In this document: piece by piece, positions 37,401 through 48,739 of the stretch
Layout: each line of letters starts with the position of its first letter
Numbering within the stretch: position 1 is the first letter of the stretch
From: Isurus oxyrinchus
Taxonomy: Eukaryota
Assembly (NCBI GenBank): GCA_026770705.1
Contig: JANJGN010000038.1
Span: forward strand, 9,610,001 to 9,674,000
Direction: 5' to 3'
Length of the DNA: 64,000 nt
Notes under the pieces: model-generated
The model's input: the letters and a program-made list of their open reading frames with translations, nothing else
What the model was told of the DNA's origin: nothing
Databases searched by the model: none
Program-made: the position numbers and the translations under genes

Positions 37401-38628
37401 GAATGATTCAGAATTTGAATCACAACCATTCCAAATGTGAACCGGAATCATCCAGAATGTGAATCTGACACGTTCTGAATGTTCACATGATTCATTCACA
37501 ACAAATAAATGAATGCTGCTAAGTTTGAATCTGGAGAATTCTGAATGTGAATCTGAATCGACTTAAACCTGAATCATTCTGAATGTGAATAAGTATCTTT
37601 CTGCATAAGAATCTGACATGTCCTGAAATTTCACATGACTTAATCACAATCTCTAACTCAATGTTGCTAATATTGAATCAGAATCAATCTCTATGATAAT
37701 CTGAATCATTATGAATGTGAAACGTAATGAATCGGAATCTGAATCTGAATCAACCTGAATGTGAATCAGAAACATTATGAACTCTAATCAAATTATTTTG
37801 AATGGGAATCTGATTCATTGTATATCCGAATATAAAACAATCTAATATGAAACAATCCCATAGTCAAGCTGAAAAAATTCAAATGTGAATATTAAGCAAT
37901 CTGAAACATAACCTCAATAATTTTGAATATGAATTAGAATAATTTCGAATGTGAATGTGAATCATTCTGAATATCAATCTGAATCATTCTGAACTCGGAT
38001 CTGAATGCATCTCAATCCGAATCTGTTTGAACCTGAAAGTGAACCTGATTCAGTCCGAATTCGAACCTGAATCGATAGGAATGTGAATCTGAATCATCCA
38101 AAATGCCAATCTGCTCATTCTGACTCTGAATCTCAATCATTCTGAACTACAATCTGGAACATGAATTTGAATCATTATGAAAGTGAATCTGAAGCATTTT
38201 GAACGTGAATGTGATTACCTCTGAATCCCAGTCTGAATCAATCCGAATCCAAATACGAATCAACCTGAACGTGAATCAGCAACTATCTGAGCCTAAATTA
38301 TTCTGAATGTGAATATGAATTTGTCTGAATATGAATCTGAAGCATTCTGAATATGAATGTGAATCATTCTCAATGCGGAACATAATCAAACTGAATATCA
38401 ACCTTAATCATTCTGAATGTGAATCTGAATCAATCTGAATGTGAATCTGATACATTCTTAATTTTAGCATAATTCAATCACAATCTGTAACACAATGGTT
38501 CTCATTTGGAATCTGAATCATTCTGATTGTGAATCTGAATCATTAAGAATGTGAATCTGAATTATTCTAAATGTAGATCTGATTCAATCTAAATCTGAAT
38601 AGGAATCATTCAGAAAGTAATTATAAAC
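31483..38628. repeat. GAATC-rich satellite array, ~22-bp unit GAATGTGAATCTGAATCATTCT, with higher-order repeats
   Basis: About 6 kb of diverged GAATGT/GAATCT/GAATCATTCT subunits, interrupted by a CR1. Confidence 0.95.
32941..34115 (-). mobile_element. CR1 LINE 3' part inserted in the satellite
   Basis: SKFADETKIGG, RGDLFETYKILRG; CATAAGAA tail at 32941. Confidence 0.9.
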
Positions 38629-39331
38629 CATTATCTAAGGAAAGTTTTATTAGCATTGGAGGCAGTCAAGAGAAGGGGCACTAGGTTGATCCCGAGCATG
38701 GAGGGATTTTCTTACGTGGGGAGGTTGAGTAGGTTGAGGCTGTACTCATTGGAGTTTAGATAAATAAGAGTTTTCGTGATTGAAACATATAAGATTCTTA
38801 GAAGGTTTGGCAGGGTGGATGCTGAGAGGTTGTTTCCCCTTGTGGGAGAGTCTAGGTCTAGAAGGCATAATCTCAGAGTAAGGGGTTTCTCATTTATACC
38901 AGAGATGAGGATTAATTTCTTCCCTCAGGGGTAGTGAATCTATACAATTTTTTCTCGCAAAGGGCTGTAGAGGCTGGGTTGTTAAGTATATTTAAGACCG
39001 AAATAGACAGATTTTAAATCCGTAAGGAGATAAAGGGTTACGGGGAAAAATCAGGAAAGTGGAATTGAGGATTATCAGATCAGCTGTGATCTCATTGAAC
39101 GGCGGAGAAGGCCCGATAGGTTGGATGGTCTACTTTTGCCCTGATGTCTTATGGTCTTATGGAGAATCTGTCCACCTCTACCTTAAAAATGTTCAAAGAC
39201 TCTGCTTCCACCACCTTTTCCAGAAGAGAGTTACAAAGAACAACGAACCCCTGATGAAAAAAAAATCTACTCATCTCTGTTTTAAATGGGCGACCTCTTA
39301 CTTTCAACGGTGACTCTCACAAGAGGTAACA
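38629..39331 (+). mobile_element. CR1 3' fragment (+), followed by a short antisense CR1 fragment up to the gap
   Basis: LEAVKRRGTRLIP...ETYKILRR remnant; TCTTATGGTCTTATGG tail at ~39150. Confidence 0.85.
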
Positions 39332-39482
39332 NNNNNNNNNNNNNNNNNNNNNNNNNNNNNNNNNNNNNNNNNNNNNNNNNNNNNNNNNNNNNNNNNNNNN
39401 NNNNNNNNNNNNNNNNNNNNNNNNNNNNNNNNNNNNNNNNNNNNNNNNNNNNNNNNNNNNNNNNNNNNNNNNNNNNNNNNNN
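39332..39482. other. Assembly gap (N run)
   Basis: Run of N. Confidence 1.
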
Positions 39483-39738
39483 TTCCCTGTCTTACATCCT
39501 AAAATTCTCTAGTCAAGAAAATTAGTTGCTTAGTCTGGGAACTATGGCCCCAGATTTTTTTTAAGTTTGATGACCTCCAAAGTAAATGGTAAATGTTTGA
39601 AATGCATTTACTTTGGGGCAGCTTTTACAAGCTTCTCAACTCGACCTCCCCACTGTCTACAGTCAAATATTTCATTACGAAAAATAAAGGTTATATTCTA
39701 AAACATATGAACTGTAGCATTAGGCATGCGTAACACAA

Positions 39739-40200
39739 GGTTACTGCTAGACCAAAGTGTCAGGTACATGGTCAATGTTATACTGGGATATCAGGTAGAA
39801 AGTCATTTTTGGACTCAAGCATCAGTTACAAAGTGGCTGCTGGACCGGACTGTAAGGTGAAAGGTCAATGGTAGCTCGGGTTATCAGATACAGGGTCACC
39901 GTTGGATTGAAATGTCGGGTGCAAGACCAGTAGAACACCAGATGTCAATCATATGGTCACCATTTGACGACGGCATCTGTTGTCAGCTCATTGCTGAACT
40001 TATTTTTCACTTTAAAAGATCACCGTGTTAGACAGGGTCTCAGTTCCATGGACACCAATATTCCATGGTTATCAATCACACGCTGTTTGTTACCCTGGGG
40101 TATCACTTACAGTGTCAGGGTTAAAGTTAAATAACCACTGTCAGACCATGGTCTCAGTTATACAGTAGCTGTTAGAGCTGACAACAGTTTAAAATTACCA
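39739..40200. repeat. Ancient 31-bp minisatellite (consensus near GGTCACTGTTGGACCGGGGTGTCAGGTACAA)
   Basis: Six consecutive 31-nt units align by eye from 39739; the pattern fades towards ~40200. Confidence 0.75.
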
Positions 40201-40718
40201 ATCCTCTAGTTTCCGTTTTTTATCGTTAGATAATCAACGCCCTTTCATGCTATCTGACTATTACTGTTCCTGCCCATACTTTCACACGCCTGCTAACTTC
40301 ATTCCCTTAGAAATGAATTTAAATCCTCAATTTGCAGGTTTAATTTTACCTCAGAAATAATCAGAGAATTGAAATTGTCAATTTCTGATCAGTGCTGTAA
40401 GCCTGCATGATTCCGTAGGTCTGTTTATTTTGCAAAAGCAGTTGAAATAACGTGCTTGCTTTTGGATGAATTAAATTGTCAGGAATGCCACGTTGATTTC
40501 ATGCTGTTGTTCCCATACAAGGTCAGGGAATGGGATAATTAAGTCATCTTGTTTGTTCAGCGGCTGTGACTAATGCAGCTCAGTGCATCGTTTAATTAAA
40601 TCACTGGAGACTCTTCTCCGCCTATATCTAGACATTAGTTTCATGTGTTGATTAATGTTTGGTAGATTTTTGCCTCCAGTGCAAACAGTGTTCATTGGAT
40701 CTCGCAGAAAATTAGATC

Positions 40719-40815
40719 ATGTTCTGGTATATTCCTACTGAACTTCGGATTCTGTGGGTAATTTATGATTTACAAAGGATTTACTATCCGGTCCTCGCTG
40801 CTGTTGGTGTTCCTG
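40719..40815 (+). CDS. GPCR #2 exon 1 (MFWYIPTELRILWVIYDLQRIYYPVLAAVGVP)
   Basis: 97 nt, donor CCTG|GTGAGT, phase 1; joins the acceptor at 54176 in frame (VP-VNLLTIVTLSRG). Confidence 0.85.
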
Positions 40816-41659
40816 GTGAGTCATTATTTTCGAAATTTATTTACAACGTGTTTTTCACTGTGCTTGCTTTCCAAGTGCTTTCGGCGCGGTGATTAATTGT
40901 ATTCTGTGTCTATCTTGTCTTCTGTGACTTGTAATGCTCTGTGTTTCTGTAATTTATCATTTCATCAGTTGCTGATTCCCTGTTCACGGTTGAACGTTTC
41001 TACAGTTTATGAATTGATTCAACTGATTTCTTTGAAAAATAATTTGGCTGGTTGACTATTTTACGCAATAAATATAATTGATAGATTATAGTTATTGAAC
41101 AGCTGCAATATGCTTTCTGAACTGAAGCCTAATATCTGATCAGAAATATGTTTTGTGGGTATCGGTGTTACGTTCTGATGGAGATTGTAAATGACGTTGT
41201 TGTGTAGAAACCAGAACAGAATATAGATCACGAATAACTCTGAAATTAGTGACACCTCCAATAATGATTCAGCTCCAGGCAACACTTTTCCCTTCCGCCA
41301 TTTCCCGCTTTGTCTTAGAGTCACGAAATCCAAATTGTCAGGCCAGAAAAAAATATTCTGTTGTATTTGGACGAATTAATTGCATTTCTCCTTTGTTCAG
41401 TGACGGTTCCAGAGATTTCTATGATTCACCTTAACTATCCAACAGCTCCTCTTGATAGAAACAATTCCAGCTGATTAGAGATGTGAATAATGCAATCTTT
41501 AGATAAGTCCAGTTTCCTAATCGCTCTATCAGTTGTTCATCTGTTCAGTTCCCAGCAGCAGGAGAAAGGCTGCTCCACAAGTTTTCACAAAGTTACTGTT
41601 GCCCCACTGTGCCGTCTTATATTTACTGTTCAGATCATCACTACATTGAAAGTATGAGT

Positions 41660-41880
41660 CTGTTTGTTAAATCGGATTTTGCATTATAGGTTCAAGGTTC
41701 TCCTTGAAACAGCTGGTCTGCAGTTTGCATTGCATTGGTTGCAAAAGTCCAGGTGTCAACAAATAATACAGACTATTCATGATATTTTCAGAAATGTAAA
41801 TGAATTCACCATTTTTGGCTTTGGCCACAACCTCCATACTCTTTTCACAAACTCTATTCACCTCCCTGACACCTGACTCT
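41660..41880 (-). mobile_element. Possible ancient L1-type ORF2 C-terminal remnant
   Basis: ENIMNSLYYLLTPGLLQPM..C resembles the L1 KILHRLYLTP..L..M...C motif; very degenerate. Confidence 0.3.
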
Positions 41881-42079
41881 ATTCGTTCCCTGGATAAATA
41901 AGCTCTCCCTCCCTACTTACATTTTCACCCCAGCCTTTTACTTCGTTCCTGTTTCTGCCCATAAACATCAATTCCCTCCCTGCCTTAGTTTATTCATAAT
42001 TATAGACCATAATTCCTCTCCCAATGAATTGGATTTCTAAATGTGTCCTTGGGAAATGGTGATTGGTGCAACTTTCTAT

Positions 42080-42830
42080 TTATTGTTTATCCAGAGGTGA
42101 GCTGAGAAGCTGGTGCTGGGTCTTCTTGCTGAGCTGCTGTAGTCCTTCGGCTTAAGGTGCTCCCACCTATTATGAGGGAATTCCAGAACGCTGACTGAAC
42201 ATTGATGAAGGGAGGGCTTATCAGTCCAAGTCGGGATTGTACGTTAGGAATGGTGGATCTCACCATTTGTGGTGGATGGTTGTGGTTACTGGAGTTAACG
42301 GCATTGCAGCTCTTCACCTTATTGCCGTAAAGGTCACAGTGTGGGGAGGTATTGTCAAAGTAACCCCGGGGTTTGGGGAAGCTGTTTTTGTAGTCATGCT
42401 TCCTGCATCCACAGAGGAGGGGTGGTGAATATTGTGTCCAATCATGGACGGTCACTGTTAAACCATCCCTTCTGTACTGGAATGTGATTCTGCTTATTGT
42501 GTGATGTTGTGATACCCACCCAGGTGATTACTGAGCTTTGCATCATATTTCAGACTTGAGACTTCCAGGTGCTGATGGGTTTGGTGGTTGGGTGCAGGGT
42601 GGGGAGCAGGGGAATCAGCTCTTGAGTGTCATGTGACTCCCATTGAAATGATTTCTGCATGTGGACAATGCTGTGTTTTTCCATCGGGATGTTTCAGGTA
42701 GAGCCCAAGCTGAGTATTGGTGATCAGGGTGTGGGTGAGTAGATGCGACTTTATGGCACTACTTAAAGTTCCTCAATCAATTTACTGATAGCTTGTTGAG
42801 CTTTGCTGGTTGATAGGATGAGTTGAGGTA
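42080..42830 (-). mobile_element. Degraded CR1/L2-type LINE 3' fragment
   Basis: Reverse-strand similarity to 30340-31482 and 50200-51320. Confidence 0.6.
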
Positions 42831-43082
42831 ACCTCTCTCCCTGTCTGGTAGATTGTCTGTTTCACCGTCAGGATAACTGGGGAGCGGCCGCTCCCAGTTC
42901 CAAATTCCAAACCTTCTGGAAGTTAACCCTCCCCATCACTGCTGCATTCCGACAGCTCCCAAACCGTTCAGTCACCTTGTCAGCTCCATCTTTGTTATCC
43001 TTTGCGTTACATTTCTTTCTCATCTTTGGCAGTCTGCCTAGTATGGCCATTACCTCAGGCTCTGTATAGTCCAACCCGCACT

Positions 43083-43216
43083 GGGACCGGAATTTTCCAG
43101 CCCTTCACGTCAGCAGGATCTCCTGTTCCATCCGATGTGAATGGAGATGTCAACGGCTCGGCGGCCCCGCCACGGGGGGTGGGATAGGTGGGGGGCCGGG
43201 TTTCAAAATTCCGTCC
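43083..43216. mobile_element. Short MITE-like element with imperfect terminal inverted repeats
   Basis: GGACCGGAATTTT...AAAATTCCGTCC termini around a GC-rich core. Confidence 0.45.
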
Positions 43217-43869
43217 AAAGTGTCAATGGAAAATGATTGGTTTAAACAGTCATTGCCGGATCTGGCTGGATGACAGAAAGCACTTTCGGTTCGCATTCAC
43301 CTCAGGCAAAACTGTTCACTCTTCCGCAGTCATTCTGAAATCCAAAATCAGTCCCGACTTGTTCCAATGCTATAAATATCCGTTGAACATCTCCCTCCAC
43401 CTTCACTCTAAAAGTAAGTTTGAGGGACTCTTGAAGAACTTTGCTACACAGGTTGAGGCTGTTTAGCTGCCGCTCCCACTGCCCCTTTCCTTAATGCATC
43501 AGGCAAAAGTCCCCTAAATTCCTCCCTGACTTTGTCGTGAATTCACACCTTCCTAGACTTTCCACCTCACATCCTCTCACCTTGTCCATGGGACCACTCA
43601 CCTGTTCGGTTCACCCTAATCCCACCGATCTGAAGAACACTGAAATTCCTCACGATGTTCCTCAGTTGCTGATATAGTTAATAATCCCATCTGCTTAGTT
43701 ACTGTACTTCTGCTGTTCCAATCTGTAGCCATCACCGCTCTCTCTGTAAAAAAAATACCTGCCGCCTCAGTCCCTGTAAGCAAACACTCAGTCTCTAACT
43801 TCTCTTTCCTCTACAAAGACCTTGCAGCTTCTGAACCCTCCAGCATCTCTGTGCCACTTTACTTATGGG

Positions 43870-46800
43870 GTCATAGAGTAACAGAGGTCTACTGAGAGGG
43901 CCTTTCGGCCCATCGAGTCTGCGCTGGTCAAACAAGTACCTAGCTTTGCTAATCCCACTTTCCATCACTAGGCCCTTAGCCTTGTATGCGATGACATTGC
44001 AAATGTCATCCAAATACTTCTTAAATGTTGGGAGGGTTTCTGCCTCTACCACCCTTTCAGGCAGTGAGTACCAGATTCCCGCCACGCCCTGGGTGGAAAA
44101 ATCCTTCCTCACATCTCCTCTAATCCTTCTGCCCCTTACCTTCAATCCACGCCCCCTTGTTATTGATCCCTCCACCAAAGGAAAAAGTTGCTTCCTCTCT
44201 ACCCTGCCTATGTCCCCCATAATTTTATACACGTCAATCTCCTCTGCTCCCAGGAAAATAATCCCAGTGTATCCAACCTCTCCTCATAATTTAAACTCCC
44301 CAGCCCAGGCAACATCCTGGTAAAGCTCCTCTGCATTCTGTCAAGTGCAATCACATCCATCCTATAATGCTGATTTCAGAACTGCATGCAATACTCTGGC
44401 TGTGGTGTAACCAACGTTTCATACAGTTCCAGCATAATCCCCCTGCTGTTACATTCTATGCCTCAGATAATAAAGGCAAGTATCCCATATGCCTTTTAAA
44501 CATCTTACCTACCTGTGCCGCTACATCAAGGGACTGGTGGACATATACTCCAAGGTCCCTCTGATCTTCGGTACTTCCCACAGTCCAACCACTCTTCGTG
44601 TATTTCCGTACCTTTTTTGTCCTGCCCAAGTGCATCAGCTCACACTTATCCGGATTAAATTCCATTTGCCACTGATCAGCCGTTCTGACCAGCCCTCCTC
44701 TAATCTAAGGCTATCCCCCTCATTATTTACCACCCTACCAATTTTCGTGTTATCTGCAAACTTACTGATCAACCCTCCTACATTCAAGTCTAAGTTGTTT
44801 ATATATACGATAAACAGCAAGGGACCCAACACCAATCCCTGTGGAACCCCACCGGGCACAGGCATCCAGTCACAAAAACACCCCTCGACCATCACCTTCT
44901 GCTTCCTGACACTCAGCAAATTCCGCATTAAATTTGTCAATTTGCCTTGGGTCCCATGGGTTCTTACCTTCGTTATCAGTCTCCCATGAGTAACCTTATC
45001 AAAGGCCTTTCTGAAGTCCAAGTAGACTACGTCAAATGCATTGCCATCATCAACACACCTGGTCACTTCTTCGAAAAATTCAATCAAATTGGTCAGACAT
45101 GACCTCCACTAAAGAAAACCATGCTGACTGTCCAAGATTACTCCCTGCCTCTTCAGGTGTTGATTGACTCTGCCCCTCAGAATTGCTTCCAATAGTTTCC
45201 TCATCACTGAGGATTGGCTTACTGGCCTGTAGTTCCCTAGTTTATCCTTTCCTCCCTTCTTGAATAAAGGTACAATATTGGCTGTCCTCTAGTCCTGTGG
45301 AACCTCTGCTGTGGCCAGACAGGTATTGGAAATTATTGTCAGCGCCCCTGCTACCTCCTCCCTTGTCTCATTCAATAGCCTGGGATACATGTCATCCGGA
45401 CTTGGAGATTTATCCACTTTTAAGCCTGCCAGACCACTTAGAACCTCCTCCCTTTCTATGTTACTTTATTTAATTATATCACAGTCCCTCTGCCTGATTT
45501 CCATTACAAAGTCGTCCCTCTTACTTGTGAACACCAACACAAATTATTGAGTTAGAACCCTACCTACGTCTTCCAGCTCTAGACACAAATTACTACTATG
45601 GTCCGTAATGGGCCCTAATCGTTCCCTAGTTATCCTCTTACTCTTAATGCACTTGTAAAATAACTTTGGATTTGCCTTTAATTTACAGGCCAATGTTTAC
45701 TTATGCCTCTTTTTGCTCTCCTAATTTCCTTTTGACGTTCCCCCTACACATTCTAGACTCTTCTAGGGCTTCTTTTGTTTTGAGCACACGGTCTCTGCAA
45801 TAAGATACCATTTTCCGCTTTACCTAATCCCGTATATCCCTTAACATCCAGGATTTGTTGGTCCCAATCGTTGTCTTTATTGGAATACGTTGGCCCTGTT
45901 CTCTCCCTATTTCCTTCTTGAATGAGCCCCACTGCTCTGACGCAGAGTTACCTAAAAGTAGCTGCCCCCAGTCCACTCTGGCCAAATCATACTGATCTTA
46001 TTAAAGTCGGCCTTCCCCCAAATTAGAATTTTGCTTCCTGGCCTATCCTTGTCATTTTCCATAACAACCTTGAATCTAACGGAGTTATGATCACTATCTG
46101 CAAAACGCTTCCCCACTGACACCTTCTCAAGTTGACCAGATTCATTCCCTAAAACTAAGACCAGGGCGGCCCCCTCTCTTGTTGAGCTTTCTATGTACTG
46201 GCTTAACAAGCTCTTCTGGATGTGTTTTAAGAATTCCGCTCCCTCTCACCTTATCACACTGTCAGTAACCCAGTTAACGGCGGTGAAGTTGAAATACCCC
46301 ACTATTACCACCCTATTATTTTTACACTTCTCTGAAATTTGCCAACATATCTGCTCTTCTATTTCTCTCTAGCCGATTGGCTGCCTAAAGTACACCCCCA
46401 GCAGTGTGATTGCTCCTTTTTTGTTTTTCAGTTCTACCCATATGGCTTCATTTGAGGAGCCTTATAAGATGCCATCCTTCCTTATTGCTGTAATTGAGTC
46501 CTTGATCAATTTTGCGATGCCCCATCCACTTTTTCTCCCTTCCCTGTCTTGCCTGAAGACCCTATATTCTGGAATATTGAACTGCCAATCCTTCCCCTCT
46601 CTCAACCATGCCTCTGTGACAGCAATGACATCACACTTCCATGTGTTAATTTTTGCCCTCTACTCATCTGCCTTATTGGTCTGGTTCCTTGCATTAAAAT
46701 AAAAACCATCCAACTTTGCCAAACTCCCTTATGCCTTAACTGGCCTATAAATTCTATGTCTTTCAGACTCACTTGCTCTCTCTTCTAATTTTGGGTGTGC

Positions 46801-48002
46801 ATCTCCCCCTGCTGAACCACCTCTCAGGACCCCCTTCCCCTGCCAAGTTAATTTAAACCCTCCAAAACTGCACTAGCAAACATGCCCGCAAGGAAGTTGA
46901 TCCCATTCCGGTTCAGGTGCAACACGTTCGCCTTGTACAGATCCCAGGGCCTCCAGGAACGGTCCCAACGTCCCTGCAATCTAAAGCCTTCCCTCCTGCA
47001 CCATTTCTCCAGCCACGCATTCATCTGGGCTCGCCTTCTATTTCGATACTCACCAGCGTGTAACACCAGAAGTAATCCAGAGATTACTACCTTTGAGGTC
47101 CTGTTTTTTAAACTGTTTCCTAGCTCCGTAAATTCTGCTTGCAGGACCTCATTCTTCTTTCTACCTATGTCATTGGTGCTAATATGCACCACGATCTCTG
47201 CCTGTTTGCCTTCCCCGTTTTGAATTCCCTGCAGCCATTCAGTGACATCATTGACTTTGACACCAGGAAGGCAACATACCTTTCTGGAGAGACATCTCCG
47301 GCCGCAGAAACGGCAATCTGTTCCCCTTATTATCGAGTCTCCTACCACTATTGCTCTTCCCCTCTTTTTTTCCCTCCACCGACCCCCCCCACCACCCCCC
47401 GCCCCCCACCCCCGTGCAGCTCAGCCACTCACAGTGCTTTGAGCGTGGCTGCACTCCACAGAGGAAGCGTCACTCTTACCATTTTCCAATACAGAGAAAC
47501 AGCTCTCGACCGAAATGCACCCTGGGGATTTCCTGACTACCTGCCTGACACCTTTCTTCCCTCTGTGTCTGCACTTCCATAAGTTGTGGTGTGACCACGT
47601 CTAAAAACATGCGATCTACAAAACTCAAGCCTCACGGATGTACATCAGTATCTCCAGCTGTCGCAGAAGCTCCAAAACTCGGAGCTCAGGTCGCTGCAGC
47701 TAGTGGCACTTCCTGCACACGCGGTCGATCGGAGCGCAAGGAGCATCGAGGAATTCCCACATTTTGCAGGCGATACATATCACGGGACTGAGCTGCCCTC
47801 CCATTCCTCTGTTGAAAAAACCCTTACTTTAAGTTAAATGCAGCAAAAAAGTTAAATTACTTATGTATTTTAAATGAAAACTAGCACACTCACCTTTCGT
47901 TAGCTTAATCAATTTTAACCTGGAGAAAAAATAACTGAAGAAAAACACTTACCATTACTCACCAATCAACTCTCACCTTTGTGCTGACATCACTTTTTGA
48001 AG
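43870..48002 (-). mobile_element. Near full-length CR1 LINE (ORF1 esterase, endonuclease, RT), multiple lesions
   Basis: ORF1 VGDSIIRGTD..FCG..CCLPG..HISTNDIG..LHLNRNG (46848-47348); SDHNSVRF (APE); VYLDFRKAFDKV, GVPQGLVLGP, KFADNTK (44635-45087); 3' ORF 43795-44232. Confidence 0.95.
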
Positions 48003-48102
48003 TGACTGCTTTACCATGATGCTGACAGCAGGACGCACTTCCCAGACTGCTTCACCACGATGCTGACTGCAGGACGCACTTCCCAGACTGCTTCACCACG
48101 AT

Positions 48103-48493
48103 AAAAACAAAAACTGCGGATGCTGGAAATCCAAAACGAAAACAGAATTACCTGGAAAAACTCAGCAGGTCTGGCAGCATCGGCGGAGAAGAAAAGAGTT
48201 GACGTTTCGAGTCCTCATGACCCTTCAACAGTATATGTTGTTGTCTGCCTCGGTTTAAGGTAGATCTCGTTGGGTAGAGATTGCTCCACAGTAGTAAACT
48301 ATTAATGAGTCGGGATTGTTTAATGTTGAAACAGGTTTTCATCCAGGAATTAGAGGCATACTCATTTCCATAATACTCGATGCCGGTTCCTTGGCATTGG
48401 AGGGTCATGAGACCTCAAAACGTAAAGTCTTTTCTTCTCCGCCGATGCTGCCAGACCTGCTGAGTTTTTCCAGGTAATTCTGTTTTTGTTTTG
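48103..48493. mobile_element. Inverted pair of PLE terminal repeats enclosing ~170 bp of unrelated sequence
   Basis: 48103-48231 is near-identical to 3955-4089; 48400-48493 is its reverse complement. Confidence 0.9.
48197..48231 (-). ncRNA. Hammerhead core remnant CUGUUGA-A-GGGUC-augag-GACUC-GAAACGUC (5' strand of stem I lost)
   Basis: Same architecture as 4055-4093. Confidence 0.55.
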
Positions 48494-48739
48494 CTTCACT
48501 GTGATGCTGACTTCAGGACGCTCTTCCCAGACTGCTTCACTGTGATGCTGAATGCAGGACGCTCTTCCCAGACTGCTTCGCCGTGATGCTGAATGCAGGA
48601 CGTTCCTCCCAGACTGCTTCACCACGATGCTGACTGCAGGGCGCTACTCTCAGACTGCTTCACCACGATGCTGACTGCAGGACGCTCTTCCCTGACTGCT
48701 TCGCCGAGATGCTGCCTGCAGGATGCTTTCCCTGTACTT

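Larger units (their letters stand above)
48004..48730. repeat. 41-bp tandem monomer array GACTGCTTCACCACGATGCTGACTGCAGGACGCACTTCCCA at the CR1 5' end, split by a PLE insert
   Basis: Units start at 48004, 48045, 48086 and resume at ~48494 for about six more copies. Confidence 0.92.

Noticed and set aside
31483-38628. Satellite as a heat-shock-element array, and short ORFs such as MIQIHIH…
   Set aside because: The dominant motif TTCTGAA has 1-nt spacing rather than the nTTCnnGAAn of an HSE; the ORFs are translations of the repeat
46848-47348. SGNH/GDSL esterase ORF as a captured host or bacterial gene
   Set aside because: It is the well-known esterase domain of CR1 ORF1, in its expected position
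48004-48730. Regular repeats reminiscent of a CRISPR array
   Set aside because: Head-to-tail monomers without unique spacers, eukaryotic context, no cas genes
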